The notes: a model not told the origin generated them from the letters alone. A DNA stretch of 64,000 bases from an uncultured virus (IMG/VR IMGVR_UViG_3300048587_001176) (IMGVR_UViG_3300048587_001176); one strand, 5' to 3'; positions 44,136 to 54,572 are shown, counted from the stretch's first letter. Translations and numbers: made by a program.

Positions 44136-44344
44136 TCTTCGGGCGGACAAACGACGAGCTCAAGCTCTGGCGGCGCCGGTACGCGCTGCTGCCGGTGCAG
44201 CTGCGCGACGGACGCTGGATCTGGCTGCAGCACTTCTCGACCAGGTGGCGAGTGAACATGGCGGGCGTCCAGTGGCTCGAGGTGCAGCCCGAGCCCTACG
44301 AAGACCCACCGCCGCCGACCACAGCGCCGCCCCTCAGGAGGTAG
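44132..44344 (+). CDS. hypothetical protein
   Basis: WRRRYALLPVQL.DGRWIWL; coupled start. Confidence 0.6.
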   Translation: MIFGRTNDELKLWRRRYALLPVQLRDGRWIWLQHFSTRWRVNMAGVQWLEVQPEPYEDPPPPTTAPPLRR

Positions 44345-44345
44345 A

Positions 44346-44882
44346 ATGGCACCGACGACCAAGCCGCGGCAGCGAGAGAGCAAGGCGCCCGACCGGGTGC
44401 CGGACAACGTCATCCAGAAGGACTTGGCGAAGGTGCTCGGCTTGTCCGACCGCCGCGTGCAGATCTTGCTGAAGGAGGGCGTCTTGGTGGGCGCCGGTCG
44501 GTCGAGTTACCCGCTCGCCGAGAACGTCGCCCGCTACGTCGACTTCAAGGAGAAGGCCGCCGCCGAGAAGGCGGCACCGGCCGCCGCTGACGGGCTGCGC
44601 ACCAAGCGCGAGGAGCAGCTCGCGATCCGCATCGGCCGCGAGGACCGGCAACTCATCACCCTCACCGAGGCGATCGAGTTCGTCGACAACGTCTGCGGCC
44701 TGTTCATCCAAACAATCTCCGGCCTGCCGGCGCGGTACACCCGCGACCTGGCCGAGCGGAAGCGTCTCGAGGCCACCTGCGACGATGTCCGACAAGAACT
44801 TTCCGATGCTTTCGGCAAAGAGCAGCGTGCTCTCCGCACGGGTATCTCGGCTGATGAAGCCGCCGAAGAGGATGGCGCCTGA
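44346..44882 (+). CDS. terS: terminase small subunit (Nu1-like)
   Basis: N-terminal wHTH QKDLAKVLGLSDRRVQILLKEG plus coiled coil; overlaps terL. Confidence 0.85.
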   Translation: MAPTTKPRQRESKAPDRVPDNVIQKDLAKVLGLSDRRVQILLKEGVLVGAGRSSYPLAENVARYVDFKEKAAAEKAAPAAADGLRTKREEQLAIRIGREDRQLITLTEAIEFVDNVCGLFIQTISGLPARYTRDLAERKRLEATCDDVRQELSDAFGKEQRALRTGISADEAAEEDGA

Positions 44883-46818
44883 CGCCTGGGGCGCAGAGAA
44901 CCGCGTCTACCCGCCGACCTCCGGCATGCCCGGCAAGCGTAATCCGAAAGTTACGCCTTACATCATCGCCTTCGAGCGCGCCGTCGATGCCCGGACCCAC
45001 AAACGCGTGGTGCTGGTGATCTCGGCGCAGTCGGGGAAGTCGGAGGCGCTGCTCGACATCATCGGCCAGCGCATGGACACCTCGCCGACCCCGACGCTCT
45101 ACCTCGGGCCGACCAAGCAGTTCATCACCGAGCAGTGGGAGCCCCGCGTGATGGAGCTCCTCGACGGCGCCAAGGTGCTGTCGCGCAAGGTCACCCGCGG
45201 CCGCACGATGAAGAAGACCATGAAGCGGATCGGCGGCGTGCCGCTCCGTCTCGCTCACGGCGGCTCGTCCTCGGCCCTGAAGTCCGACCCGTTCGGCCTG
45301 GCACTCACCGACGAAGCCGACGAGCTCATGAGCAACGTCAAGGGCGCTGGTAACCCGATCGACCTGGTGGACATCCGCGGCGACACCTATGCCGACTTCG
45401 TCCACGCGATCGTGTCCACCCCCAGCGAGGGACCGAACGAAGTGGAGCGCGATCCCGAAAGCGGCCTAGAGTTCTGGCAGAGCGACCTGGCCGAGGACGT
45501 CAAGTCGACGATCTGGAAGCTGTGGCTGTCCGGCACCCAGTACCATTGGGCGTGGCCGTGCCCGCACTGCGAGGACTACTTCATCCCGCGCTTCAAGGAT
45601 CTGCGCTGGGACAAGCCCAAGAGCGACACCGGGAAGGAGATGCCCTCCGACCCGATCATGGCGAAGCGGACCGCTCACCTGAGCTGCCCGTGCTGCGGCA
45701 CGGACATCTACCAGGACGAGCTGATCGGCAGCCAGAACACCAAGGAGTGGATGAACGAGCGCGGCGTCTTCGTGGCGCCGGGCCAGCACATCCTGTCCGA
45801 CGGCACCGTGGTAGGCGACCCGCCCGAGCGCGAGACGATCTCGTTCTGGGTGTCGGGGCTGGCCTCCCCGTTCAAGTCGTGGGGTGATCGAGCCGAGCGG
45901 TATGTCACTGCCGTGCTTTCCCGCGACCCTGCCGCCATCCAGGCGGTGGTGAACGGCGGCTTCGGCGAGCTCTACAGCCCGACCGGCGGCGTCGTACCGG
46001 ACTGGTCCGAGGTCGCGAAGCTGCGCTCCAAGGAGTACGTCTCCGGCCAGGTGCCGGGCGGCGTTCGCATCCTGACCATGACGGTCGACGTGCAGAAGAA
46101 CGGCATGTTCTACACCGTCCGCGGTTGGGGCTCGCGGGGCCGATCCTGGCTTGTGGAAGCGGGGTTCCTGCAGGGTGAGACGGCCGACGAGGCCGTCTGG
46201 GACACCCTGGAGACCATGCTCTACGACACCTACGACGGCATCCCACTGCGGCTCTGCATCGTGGATGCCGGCTTCCGGCCAGGCAAGAAGGACGAGGTTC
46301 CCCTGAACCGCGTCTACGAGTTCGCCCGGAAGCACAAGCGCCTGGTCCGCGCCTCGAAGGGCTCGTCGTCTGCGATGACGCGACCGATCGTCAGCTCGGC
46401 GATCGACGTCAACAAGAACGGCGAGGTCATCCCGAACGCTCTCGAGCTCTTCCGCCTCGACACCGACTACTTCAAGCGGTGGGTGCAGGAGCGGTTGCGC
46501 TGGGATCCGGAGCAGCCCGGCGGCTGGGCACTGCCCGGCGATGTCAGCGATGACTACTGCCGGCAGATGGTCTCGGAAGCCCGGGTGAAGGGCGCTTCGG
46601 GCAAGGCCACCTGGATCCAGAAGTCGAAGGACAACCACTACTTCGACTGCGAGGCGATGCAGGCTGCGGCCGGCACCATGCTCAACGTCATCAAGCTCCG
46701 CGACGACGCACCGCTCCCTGAACGAGGGGGCGCTGAGAAGCCGCGGCGCACCCCTGAAACTCAGCAGCAGTCGAAGGTCAGCCAGAACGGTTGGCTCGAC
46801 GGCGGGAGCATCTGGTAA
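44785..46818 (+). CDS. terL: terminase large subunit, lambda gpA family (start may be 44854)
   Basis: SAQSGKSE, TDEADE, STPS, WPCPHC, TVDVQ, DNHYFDCE. Confidence 0.95.
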   Translation: MSDKNFPMLSAKSSVLSARVSRLMKPPKRMAPDAWGAENRVYPPTSGMPGKRNPKVTPYIIAFERAVDARTHKRVVLVISAQSGKSEALLDIIGQRMDTSPTPTLYLGPTKQFITEQWEPRVMELLDGAKVLSRKVTRGRTMKKTMKRIGGVPLRLAHGGSSSALKSDPFGLALTDEADELMSNVKGAGNPIDLVDIRGDTYADFVHAIVSTPSEGPNEVERDPESGLEFWQSDLAEDVKSTIWKLWLSGTQYHWAWPCPHCEDYFIPRFKDLRWDKPKSDTGKEMPSDPIMAKRTAHLSCPCCGTDIYQDELIGSQNTKEWMNERGVFVAPGQHILSDGTVVGDPPERETISFWVSGLASPFKSWGDRAERYVTAVLSRDPAAIQAVVNGGFGELYSPTGGVVPDWSEVAKLRSKEYVSGQVPGGVRILTMTVDVQKNGMFYTVRGWGSRGRSWLVEAGFLQGETADEAVWDTLETMLYDTYDGIPLRLCIVDAGFRPGKKDEVPLNRVYEFARKHKRLVRASKGSSSAMTRPIVSSAIDVNKNGEVIPNALELFRLDTDYFKRWVQERLRWDPEQPGGWALPGDVSDDYCRQMVSEARVKGASGKATWIQKSKDNHYFDCEAMQAAAGTMLNVIKLRDDAPLPERGGAEKPRRTPETQQQSKVSQNGWLDGGSIW

Positions 46819-47030
46819 TGGATCCAGCAGAGATGCAGGAGATGCTGATCGAGCTCAAGCGAGCTCGGTTCAGCGGCGCTCGGCGCGTGAAGTTCCGAGA
46901 GCGCGACGTCGAATACAAGTCCGACGCCGAAATGGCGAAGGCGATCAAGGCTCTCGAGGCCGAGATCGCCAAGGCCAACCCGCTGCCCAGCTCCTCGCTG
47001 GCTGAGTTCGACGGAGGCTTCACCTCGTGA
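46818..47030 (+). CDS. head-tail joining protein (gpW-like)
   Basis: ARFSGARRVKFRERDVEYKSDAEM; lies between terL and portal. Confidence 0.85.
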   Translation: MDPAEMQEMLIELKRARFSGARRVKFRERDVEYKSDAEMAKAIKALEAEIAKANPLPSSSLAEFDGGFTS

Positions 47031-48658
47031 ACTTCCTCGACAATGCCATCTCGGCGGTGGCGCCCGGCTGGGCGCTCCGCCGGCAGGTGGCGCGCAAGCG
47101 TATCGAACTGCTCGACGAGCTCCGCGCCTACGACGGCGCCGCGCAGGGCCGCCGCCTGAAGAACTGGAACGCGAGCGCCACCGACGCCGATGCTGAAATC
47201 GCCGCTGGCGGTCAGCGCCTCCGCGATCGCGCCCGCGACCTGGTCCGCAACAACGCCCACGCCGCCAAGGCGGTGTCCGTCCTCGCCGACAACCTGGTCG
47301 GCGACGGCATCATTCCCCGGGCGAACACGGGCGACCCACAAAAGGACAAGGAGATCAACCGGCTCTTCGACATCTTCGCGAGGAACTGCGACCCCTCGAG
47401 GCGGGCGACGTTCTACACGAAGCAGTACCAGGCCGTGCGCGGCATGGTCGAAGGCGGCGAAATGCTCGGCCGCAAGCTGGTCTACCGTCCCAAGATCGTC
47501 GACCCAGACAACCCGGTCGTCGGTCTGCAGATCCAGCTCCTCGAGCCGGACTTCCTCGACACCACGAAGACCTCCGCCAAGGGCAAGCAGTCCGTGATCG
47601 GCGGCATCGTGTTCGACCAGAAGGGTGCGCGGACGGGCTACTGGCTGCGCGGCAAGCACCCGGGCTCCTCGAACACGACCGGCGCCTCCTCGGAGAGCAC
47701 GTTGGTCAAGGCCGACGAGATCGTCCACCTGTACGAGAGCCAGCGTGACAGCGTCCGTGGCGCCAGCTGGCTTGCGCCGGCGATCGTCACGATGCGCGAC
47801 GCCGACGAGTACGACCAGGCGGAGATCGTCCGGAAGAAGATCGAGGCCTGCGTGGTCGCGATCGTCACCCCCGGCGAGGACGACCCGAACGACACCGGCA
47901 TCACCGCGAAGGTGACCGATGCCAACGGCAACATCCTCGAGCGCTTCGAGCCCGGCGTCATCGCCTACTCGCGAGGCGGCAAGCAGATCAACTTCAACAA
48001 CCCCTCCGTGTCGGCCGGCTACGAGCCGTTCAACCGGACTATGTTGCGGAAGATCGCGGCGGGCCTGCGAATCCCCTACGAGTTCCTCACCGGCGACCTG
48101 TCGACGGTGAACTTCTCGTCGGCGCGCGTGGGCATCATCGAGTTCCGGCGGTTCATCCGGGCCGTCCAGAACCACTTCATCATCCCGCAGTTCTGCCAGC
48201 CCATTTGGGACTGGTTCATCGAGGTGGCCCAGCTTCAGGGCCTCATCGAGGACGGCGTGACCATCCCGGTGAAGTGGGTGCCGCCCAAGTTCGAGTTCAT
48301 CAACCCGATCGACGACGTGAAGGCCGACATCCTCGCCATCCGCGCGGGCCTGAAGTCGTGGAAGGACGTCGTGTCCTCCTACGGCTACGACCCCGACGAG
48401 GTGCTCGACGAGATCGCCGCGGTCAACCTCCTCCTCGACGACTTCGGCATCATCCTCGACAGCGACCCCCGCTACACCACGCAGCAGGGCCTCGCACAGA
48501 TGTCGAGCGATGTCGGTGACGGCGAGGCCGACCCAGAGGAAGGCGACAAGCCGACCGAGGGGAAAAAGCCCGCTGCGGCCGCCAAGCCCGCAGCGAAGAC
48601 CACCCCAAAGAAGGCGCCGGCCAAGAAGCCGGCCGCCAAGCAGAAGGTAGCAGCATGA
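47027..48658 (+). CDS. portal protein, lambda family
   Basis: LRDRARDLVRNN, RGASWLAP, GDLSTVNFSSARVG, INPIDDV. Confidence 0.95.
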   Translation: MNFLDNAISAVAPGWALRRQVARKRIELLDELRAYDGAAQGRRLKNWNASATDADAEIAAGGQRLRDRARDLVRNNAHAAKAVSVLADNLVGDGIIPRANTGDPQKDKEINRLFDIFARNCDPSRRATFYTKQYQAVRGMVEGGEMLGRKLVYRPKIVDPDNPVVGLQIQLLEPDFLDTTKTSAKGKQSVIGGIVFDQKGARTGYWLRGKHPGSSNTTGASSESTLVKADEIVHLYESQRDSVRGASWLAPAIVTMRDADEYDQAEIVRKKIEACVVAIVTPGEDDPNDTGITAKVTDANGNILERFEPGVIAYSRGGKQINFNNPSVSAGYEPFNRTMLRKIAAGLRIPYEFLTGDLSTVNFSSARVGIIEFRRFIRAVQNHFIIPQFCQPIWDWFIEVAQLQGLIEDGVTIPVKWVPPKFEFINPIDDVKADILAIRAGLKSWKDVVSSYGYDPDEVLDEIAAVNLLLDDFGIILDSDPRYTTQQGLAQMSSDVGDGEADPEEGDKPTEGKKPAAAAKPAAKTTPKKAPAKKPAAKQKVAA

Positions 48659-50703
48659 CCAAGAAGACTGGTCAGAGCGTGCGGGTCGACGACGGCCGCC
48701 TCGCTCTCGAGGTCCGGTCCGACACTGTGAACCTGGACGACCGCACGGTGGAGGTGATCTTCGCCGCCGGTGCGGCCGTCCGGCGATACAGCTGGGACGA
48801 GGGCTTCTTCATGGAAGAGCTGGACATGGATCCCAAGTCCATCCGGCTCGAACGCCTCAACGCCGGCGCGGCGTTCCTTGACACCCACGACAGCTGGTCG
48901 ATGGGCTCCCGCCTTGGCGCGGTGGTGCCCGGTTCGGCCCGCGTCGAGAAGGGCAAGGGCCTCGCCAAGGTGAAGTTCTCCCGCAGCGATGAAGCTGAGC
49001 GGATCCTCCAGGACACCCGCGACGGCATCCCGCTGCTCATCAGCGTTGGCTACAAGATCCACCGCTACGAAAAGGTCGAGGGCGACGGCGAGAAGCTGCC
49101 CACCCTCCGCGCCACCGACTGGGAACCGATGGAAATCTCCGCGGTGCCCATTCCCGCTGATCCCGGCGCTCATGCGCGCCGGGAGCCCGAAGGCGTCTAC
49201 GACGTCGAAGTCGTCACCCGCGACGACACCACTGAAGCCGCTGCCGCGGCCGAACCCAAGGAAGAGACTATGACCCCTGAAGAGATCGCGGCCGCCGAAG
49301 CGGCGCGTGCCGCCGCTGCCGTGACCGCTGCTCCGGCCCCGGTCGCTGCTCCGGTTGCCCCGGTCGTCGAGACCCGCGCTGCTCCGGTGGCCGCCCCCGT
49401 CGCCGCTCCGGCAGTCGACCAGGACGCCATCCGCACCGCCGAGCGCACCCGCGTGTCGACCATCATGACGCTGGCCGCGCGCCACGGCCTGACCGACGCC
49501 ATTCGCGACGCCGCCATCGCCGACGGCAGCGACGTGCAGTCGTTCCGCAATGCGATCCTCGATGGCATCGAGGCCCGCCAGAGCCGCCAGCCGATCGTGC
49601 CGATGGTTGATGCCACCGTGCGCGGCGCGCAGCAGGACGAGGTCGAGACCCGCCGTGAGGCGATGACCAACGCGCTCCTGAACCGCGCTTCCCCGGCCCG
49701 CACCAAGCTGACCGACGCCGGCCGCCAGTATCGTGGCCTGTCGCTCATCGAAATGGCCCGCGAGTCGCTGCGCGAGCAGGGCGTGAACGTTCGTGGCATG
49801 ACCTACGACGAGATCGCCAAGCGCTCGTTCATGTCGACCTCGGACTTCCCGATCATCCTCGAGGGCGTCACGAATCGCACCCTGCTTGCCGCCTACCAGG
49901 CGATGCCGCAGACCTGGCGCGAGTTCTGCAAGCAGGCCACCGCCCGCGACTTCAAGGAAATGACCCGCGTCCGTCTGGGCGGCGCCGGCGAGCTGCTCAA
50001 GGTCAACGAGAGCGGCGAGTTCAAGCGCACGAACCTGACCGAAGGCAAGGAAAGCTACAAGATCGCGACCTATGGTCGTGTTGTGGCCGTCACTCGCCAG
50101 GTGCTGATCAACGACGACCTCGGCGCCTTCACCGACCTCCCCGGTCAGTTCGGTAAGGCCGTCGCGAATCTCGAGAGCGACACGGTCTGGGGCGTCATCA
50201 CGAACAACGTGAAGATGTCGGACGGCAAGGCGCTGTTCCACGCCGATCACGCCAACATCGCCTCGGGCGGCGGCGCCTTCGGCGTCGACTCGCTTGCGGC
50301 CGGCCGCACCCTGATGGGCAAGCAGCTCGACCTCGACAACAAGACGGTGCTGAACCTCCGTCCGGCCTTCGTGCTTCTGCCGACCGAGCTCGAGCTCAAG
50401 GCCGAGCAGCTGATGGGCTCGTTCCAGCCGAACGTGCCGGGCAACGTGACGCCCGAGAGCATGCGCAAGCTGAAGCCGATCGTCGAAGGTCGCCTGTCGC
50501 AGAAGTCCGCCACCGAGTTCTACCTCGTGGCCGACCCGGCGCAGATCGACACCATCGAGTACGCCTACCTCGAAGGCAACGAAGGCCCGTACACCGAGAG
50601 CCGCCTCGGCTTCGACGTCGACGGCCTCGAGGTCAAGGTTCGCCTCGACTTCGGTGCCGCCCCGCTCGACAGCAAGGGCATGGTCCGTCACCCCGGCGCG
50701 TAA
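48655..50703 (+). CDS. prohead protease-major capsid protein fusion
   Basis: FLDTH, ISVGY, WEPMEISAVPIPAD; STSDFP, TYGR...TRQVLINDDLGAF, KVRLDFGA. Confidence 0.93.
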   Translation: MTKKTGQSVRVDDGRLALEVRSDTVNLDDRTVEVIFAAGAAVRRYSWDEGFFMEELDMDPKSIRLERLNAGAAFLDTHDSWSMGSRLGAVVPGSARVEKGKGLAKVKFSRSDEAERILQDTRDGIPLLISVGYKIHRYEKVEGDGEKLPTLRATDWEPMEISAVPIPADPGAHARREPEGVYDVEVVTRDDTTEAAAAAEPKEETMTPEEIAAAEAARAAAAVTAAPAPVAAPVAPVVETRAAPVAAPVAAPAVDQDAIRTAERTRVSTIMTLAARHGLTDAIRDAAIADGSDVQSFRNAILDGIEARQSRQPIVPMVDATVRGAQQDEVETRREAMTNALLNRASPARTKLTDAGRQYRGLSLIEMARESLREQGVNVRGMTYDEIAKRSFMSTSDFPIILEGVTNRTLLAAYQAMPQTWREFCKQATARDFKEMTRVRLGGAGELLKVNESGEFKRTNLTEGKESYKIATYGRVVAVTRQVLINDDLGAFTDLPGQFGKAVANLESDTVWGVITNNVKMSDGKALFHADHANIASGGGAFGVDSLAAGRTLMGKQLDLDNKTVLNLRPAFVLLPTELELKAEQLMGSFQPNVPGNVTPESMRKLKPIVEGRLSQKSATEFYLVADPAQIDTIEYAYLEGNEGPYTESRLGFDVDGLEVKVRLDFGAAPLDSKGMVRHPGA

Positions 50704-50725
50704 GCGTCTCCACCCACTGACGACG

Positions 50726-50760
50726 ACGAAACGGGCTCCTTCGGGAGCCCTTTCGTTTTT
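50726..50760 (+). terminator. intrinsic terminator after the capsid gene
   Basis: GGGCTCC-TTCG-GGAGCCC-TTTCGTTTTT. Confidence 0.8.
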
Positions 50761-50783
50761 CAGCAACCTCACGAGAGGAAAAC

Positions 50784-51128
50784 ATGAAGAACTTCATTCA
50801 GCCGGGGAACGTGATCACCGTGACCGCCCCGGCAGGCGGCGTCGAGAGCGGCGCTGGCCTCCTGGTCGGCTCGATGTTCGGCATCGCCAACGGCAAGGCT
50901 GCCGAAGGCGAGGATGTCGAGCTGTCCCTCACCGGCGTCTTTGCGCTTCCGAAGGTCTCGGCTCAGGCCTGGGCCCAGGGCGCCAAGATCTACTGGGACA
51001 ATGCCACCAAGCTGGCGACCACGACCGCGGCCTCCGGCGCCAATGCCCTGATCGGCGTTGCCGCCAAGGCAGCTGCCAACCCGTCGCCCGAAGGCGAAGT
51101 GCGCCTCAGCGCCGCCTTCACGATCTAA
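50784..51128 (+). CDS. DUF2190 capsid cement/decoration protein
   Basis: MKNFIQPG...GVFALPK...GAKIYWD. Confidence 0.9.
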   Translation: MKNFIQPGNVITVTAPAGGVESGAGLLVGSMFGIANGKAAEGEDVELSLTGVFALPKVSAQAWAQGAKIYWDNATKLATTTAASGANALIGVAAKAAANPSPEGEVRLSAAFTI

Positions 51129-51211
51129 CCAAGGCCGCTGCTCACACTAGCTGCCAGGCGGGGCAGGGTGGTTCGCCATCCTGCCCCTTTCTGCATATCC
51201 GAGGTGGCCAT

Positions 51212-51658
51212 ATGTCGATCTTCAAGCGCCTCGACCAAATGGTCTCCGGGGCCGTGGACAGGGTGAACAAGGAACGCTTCCGGCTGATCCCGATGCTCGA
51301 CAATACGGACCCCAACGGCCGCCGCCGGCCGGATCCCGAGCGCCAAGTTCGCGACGACCTGTGGGGCGTCTTCGACTACACCTCGGCGGAGTACGGCCTC
51401 GAGCTCGGCGTGCGAAAGAGCTACCGAGAAGCGAACGACCTTCGCGCCGTGTCGGTGGGTCGAAAGCCGGTTCTCTCTATCGACCGCAAGTATTTCCCCG
51501 ACCCGCTGCTCGAGCCCCGTCAGGGCGACCTGATCGAGATGCTCGACGACTTCGGGTTCCCGCAGCCTAACCTCCCGCAGTTCGAGGTGATGGATAACCA
51601 GCGCGATGGCCTGGCTCGCATGGAGCTACGCCTCGTGCAGCGAGGGCAGCAGGCATGA
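51212..51658 (+). CDS. head-tail connector protein
   Basis: Position; EPRQGDLI...FEV; start MSIFK after GAGG. Confidence 0.6.
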   Translation: MSIFKRLDQMVSGAVDRVNKERFRLIPMLDNTDPNGRRRPDPERQVRDDLWGVFDYTSAEYGLELGVRKSYREANDLRAVSVGRKPVLSIDRKYFPDPLLEPRQGDLIEMLDDFGFPQPNLPQFEVMDNQRDGLARMELRLVQRGQQA

Positions 51659-52413
51659 GCCTCAACCGTCTGGCGGTGCGAACCGCAGTTGTCACCGCGC
51701 TCAACAACTTCGGCGTGGCGCCGTATCCCACGCTCGCGGGGCCGCACATCTACGACAGCAAGATCGAGCCGGTCGACAGCGTCGATCGGGACGTCGCCTA
51801 TCCGATGTGCGTCATCTACACCGACTATGATCGCAACTCGATCGCGCACGCCGAGACCCTGATCGGGCCGCGCACCATGACCGTCACCTTCGAACTGCTG
51901 ATCGGCATCCTCTCGAAGGACGAGACGGCCAACTACACGCTGAACTTCCCGGTGACGGACAGCGAGCTCGAGGCCTCCCTCGACATCTTCGAGTACCAGA
52001 TCTTCGAAGCCCTGCGCGCGGACAACGCGGCTGCCAACGTGTTCCGGACGATCTGCTACGGCCCGCAGCAGATCACCAGCCGTCGCGGCGCGACCACCGA
52101 GGGCGGCACGAAGATTGCCGCCCGTCAGATCACCTATGAGGCGAACAGCCTGCACGAACCGTCATCGCCCATCGCGCCATCCTGGTTGCGAGCCTTCCTC
52201 GACCAGCTTGCCGCCTCGAACGGGTTTGGAGGCATCGGGGAGCAGCTGAAAGCGATCTACGACGGCAACGCACCGGTAACCGATCACGAACGGATCGTGC
52301 GGACGATGGGTTGGTCGAAGGACACCTACGACCGGCTCGGCTACCCAACGAAGCCCTATGTCACGCTGGGCACTCCGGTGACCTGGCTCGACCAACACGG
52401 CCAACCTCTTTAG
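51655..52413 (+). CDS. tail completion/terminator-like protein
   Basis: AGPHIYDSKIEP...PMCVIYTD; position. Confidence 0.55.
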   Translation: MSLNRLAVRTAVVTALNNFGVAPYPTLAGPHIYDSKIEPVDSVDRDVAYPMCVIYTDYDRNSIAHAETLIGPRTMTVTFELLIGILSKDETANYTLNFPVTDSELEASLDIFEYQIFEALRADNAAANVFRTICYGPQQITSRRGATTEGGTKIAARQITYEANSLHEPSSPIAPSWLRAFLDQLAASNGFGGIGEQLKAIYDGNAPVTDHERIVRTMGWSKDTYDRLGYPTKPYVTLGTPVTWLDQHGQPL

Positions 52414-52515
52414 CGCGCGGGTTCCTCGCAACTCCCCGCAGCGCTGAAGCGCGGCGGCGATCTCGGCAGTCCCTGGCCTTGAGGTCGCCGCCGCCCGTAA
52501 ACTTTGGAGCCCGGC

Positions 52516-53049
52516 ATGGACGTCTTCGGTCGCCTCATCGATCGCATCGCGACCCTCGAGGCCGAGGTCATCCGCCTGCAGCGGCGGGTGAACAACACCT
52601 TCCGCGAAGCCCGGGTGGAGGAAGTCTACCCCGGGGAGGGGCTGGCCCGGGTGAACGCCCACGGCGCTGGCTCGAAGAAGGTGCCGTGGCTGCAGCGTGC
52701 CGGCGACATCCGGGACTGGGATCCTCCCAGCGTCGGGGAGCGCGTCCTGCTGATCTCGCCCACCGGCGAGCCTGGCAAGGGGCTGATCCTGCCCGGCGGG
52801 TACAGCAAGCAGTATGGCCAGCCGCACGACAAGCTGGCTGAGGCGCGGCGCGTAATCGGTGAGACCTCAATCCTGTCCACCGGCGAAACCCACGTCATCG
52901 AGAGCCCGCGGATCATTCTCCGCGGGAAGGTCACCATCGAGGGGCCGTGCGTCACGCACAACGGCATCGACATCGGCAGCAGCCACAAACACCAGGACGT
53001 CATGCCTGGCCCGGCGCTCACCGGCACCTCAATTCCGAAGGACTGCTAG
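52516..53049 (+). CDS. baseplate spike (P2 gpV-like)
   Basis: VPWLQRAG...WDPPSVGERVLLISPTGE; THNGIDIGSSHKH. Confidence 0.9.
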   Translation: MDVFGRLIDRIATLEAEVIRLQRRVNNTFREARVEEVYPGEGLARVNAHGAGSKKVPWLQRAGDIRDWDPPSVGERVLLISPTGEPGKGLILPGGYSKQYGQPHDKLAEARRVIGETSILSTGETHVIESPRIILRGKVTIEGPCVTHNGIDIGSSHKHQDVMPGPALTGTSIPKDC

Positions 53050-53295
53050 ATGCAGAAGATCAACTACGTAGTGCTTCTCGGCGACGAGAACGGGCTGAAC
53101 TGGGTCGGCGACAAGCAGGTCAAGGTCGGCGACATCGTCCGGCTCACCCCGAACGAGGCGAAGTACCTCGAAATGTCGGGCCAGCTCGAGAAGGCGCGCG
53201 ACCTCGGCGCGCAGAAGGCTAAGGCCACCAAGGCAAGCCGGCAGGCTGAAGCCCCTGAGACCCCGTCGCCGCCCGATGGGATCATCACCCGGTGA
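53050..53295 (+). CDS. hypothetical virion protein
   Basis: VGDIVRLTPNEAKYL. Confidence 0.6.
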   Translation: MQKINYVVLLGDENGLNWVGDKQVKVGDIVRLTPNEAKYLEMSGQLEKARDLGAQKAKATKASRQAEAPETPSPPDGIITR

Positions 53296-53696
53296 GCTCC
53301 GTCGGGATCGATCGCAACACGGGGGCGCTCCTCGTCGGCTGGCCCCACGTGGTGCAGTCGATCGTGACGATCGTCACAACCGAACTCGGCGAGCGCGTCC
53401 AGCGGCGTGACTTCGGCTCCAACGTTCCGGGGCTGATCGACAGGCCGCAGAACCAGGAAACCCTGCTCGAGTTCTTCATCGCCATTGCCGAGGCTATCGA
53501 GCCCCGGCAGATGGCAAACTCGGTTTACGGCGAGCCTCGCTTCCAGGTGGAGCAGATCCTCGTCGACGTCGACACCCCCGGCGAAATGGTCGTCTCCATG
53601 ACCGGCGTCTACCTGCCGGATGGGCACAAGGGGCGGATCACCGGCGCGCAGCGCCAGCAGCTCCGCATCCCGATCGACACCGCCAACCTCAGCTAA
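53292..53696 (+). CDS. baseplate wedge (P2 gpW/gp25-like)
   Basis: GIDRNTG...HVVQSI..I.TT.LGERVQRRDFGS...EPRF. Confidence 0.9.
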   Translation: MSSVGIDRNTGALLVGWPHVVQSIVTIVTTELGERVQRRDFGSNVPGLIDRPQNQETLLEFFIAIAEAIEPRQMANSVYGEPRFQVEQILVDVDTPGEMVVSMTGVYLPDGHKGRITGAQRQQLRIPIDTANLS

Positions 53697-53708
53697 GGAC
53701 CGCGACCC

Positions 53709-54572
53709 ATGACGACGCTGCCCGAGGTGCTGGCCGGCTTGCCGCTGCCCGGCGTCATCCAGGAGATCGACTACGAGGTGCGGCTGCAGCTCTTCGTCGA
53801 CAAGCTGGTCCAGGAGTTCGCCGCAGTCGGGGTTGTCTACGACACCCAAGGCCTCGAGGTTGATCCGGCCAAGATCCTGCTCGAGGCCGCGACCTACGGC
53901 GACGTGATGCTGCGCCAGCGCATCAACGAAGCGGTGCGGGCAAACCTGCTGGCCTTCGCCTACGGAAGTGATCTCGACCACCTCGCCGCATTCTACGATG
54001 TGGTGCGGCTCTACCAGGAGGACGATGAGCGCCTGAGGGCGCGCATCATCCTCGCCATCCAGGGCAGGTCCACCGGCGGCACCGAGCCCCGGTACAAGTA
54101 TGTGGCGCTCACCTCAGACGTGCGCGTCGCCGACGCCGCGGTCTACACCGTGGGGCGCGACCCGACGATCCGCGTGGCGATCTTCAGCACCGAGGAGAGC
54201 GGCGTCGCCAGCCCGGCCCTCCTGGCGGCGGTCGATGCGGCGCTGCAGAAGGCCGAGGTGCGGATGGTCAATGACCGCATCGTGGTCTCCGGCGCCGTCA
54301 AGCAGGTGGTGAACGTCTCGGCGAACGTCTGGCTTCTGCCCGGCGCGGCCCCTGCCGTGGCCACTGGTCTTGAGGCGGCCCTGCGCGCGGCGTGGAGCCA
54401 GGTCGACACCCTTGGGTTTGACCTCACCAAGTCGTGGATCATCGCCAAGCTCATGCAGCCCGGCGTGCAGCGCGTCGAGATCGTTGCGCCTGCCACGGAC
54501 ATCTCCGTCCCGTTCAACGAAGCCGCGGCGCTCGGGACGGTGACCATCACCAACATGGGACGTGGGTTCTGA
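53709..54572 (+). CDS. baseplate J-like protein
   Basis: LRQRINEAVRANLLAFAYGSDLDHLAA...EDDERLRARI. Confidence 0.92.
   Translation: MTTLPEVLAGLPLPGVIQEIDYEVRLQLFVDKLVQEFAAVGVVYDTQGLEVDPAKILLEAATYGDVMLRQRINEAVRANLLAFAYGSDLDHLAAFYDVVRLYQEDDERLRARIILAIQGRSTGGTEPRYKYVALTSDVRVADAAVYTVGRDPTIRVAIFSTEESGVASPALLAAVDAALQKAEVRMVNDRIVVSGAVKQVVNVSANVWLLPGAAPAVATGLEAALRAAWSQVDTLGFDLTKSWIIAKLMQPGVQRVEIVAPATDISVPFNEAAALGTVTITNMGRGF

Noticed and set aside
48472..50772. Long antisense ORFs (e.g. 766 aa here; also 19886-21448, 10448-12205, 25423-26832)
   Set aside because: Shadow frames of well-supported genes in high-GC DNA, with no motifs or RBS
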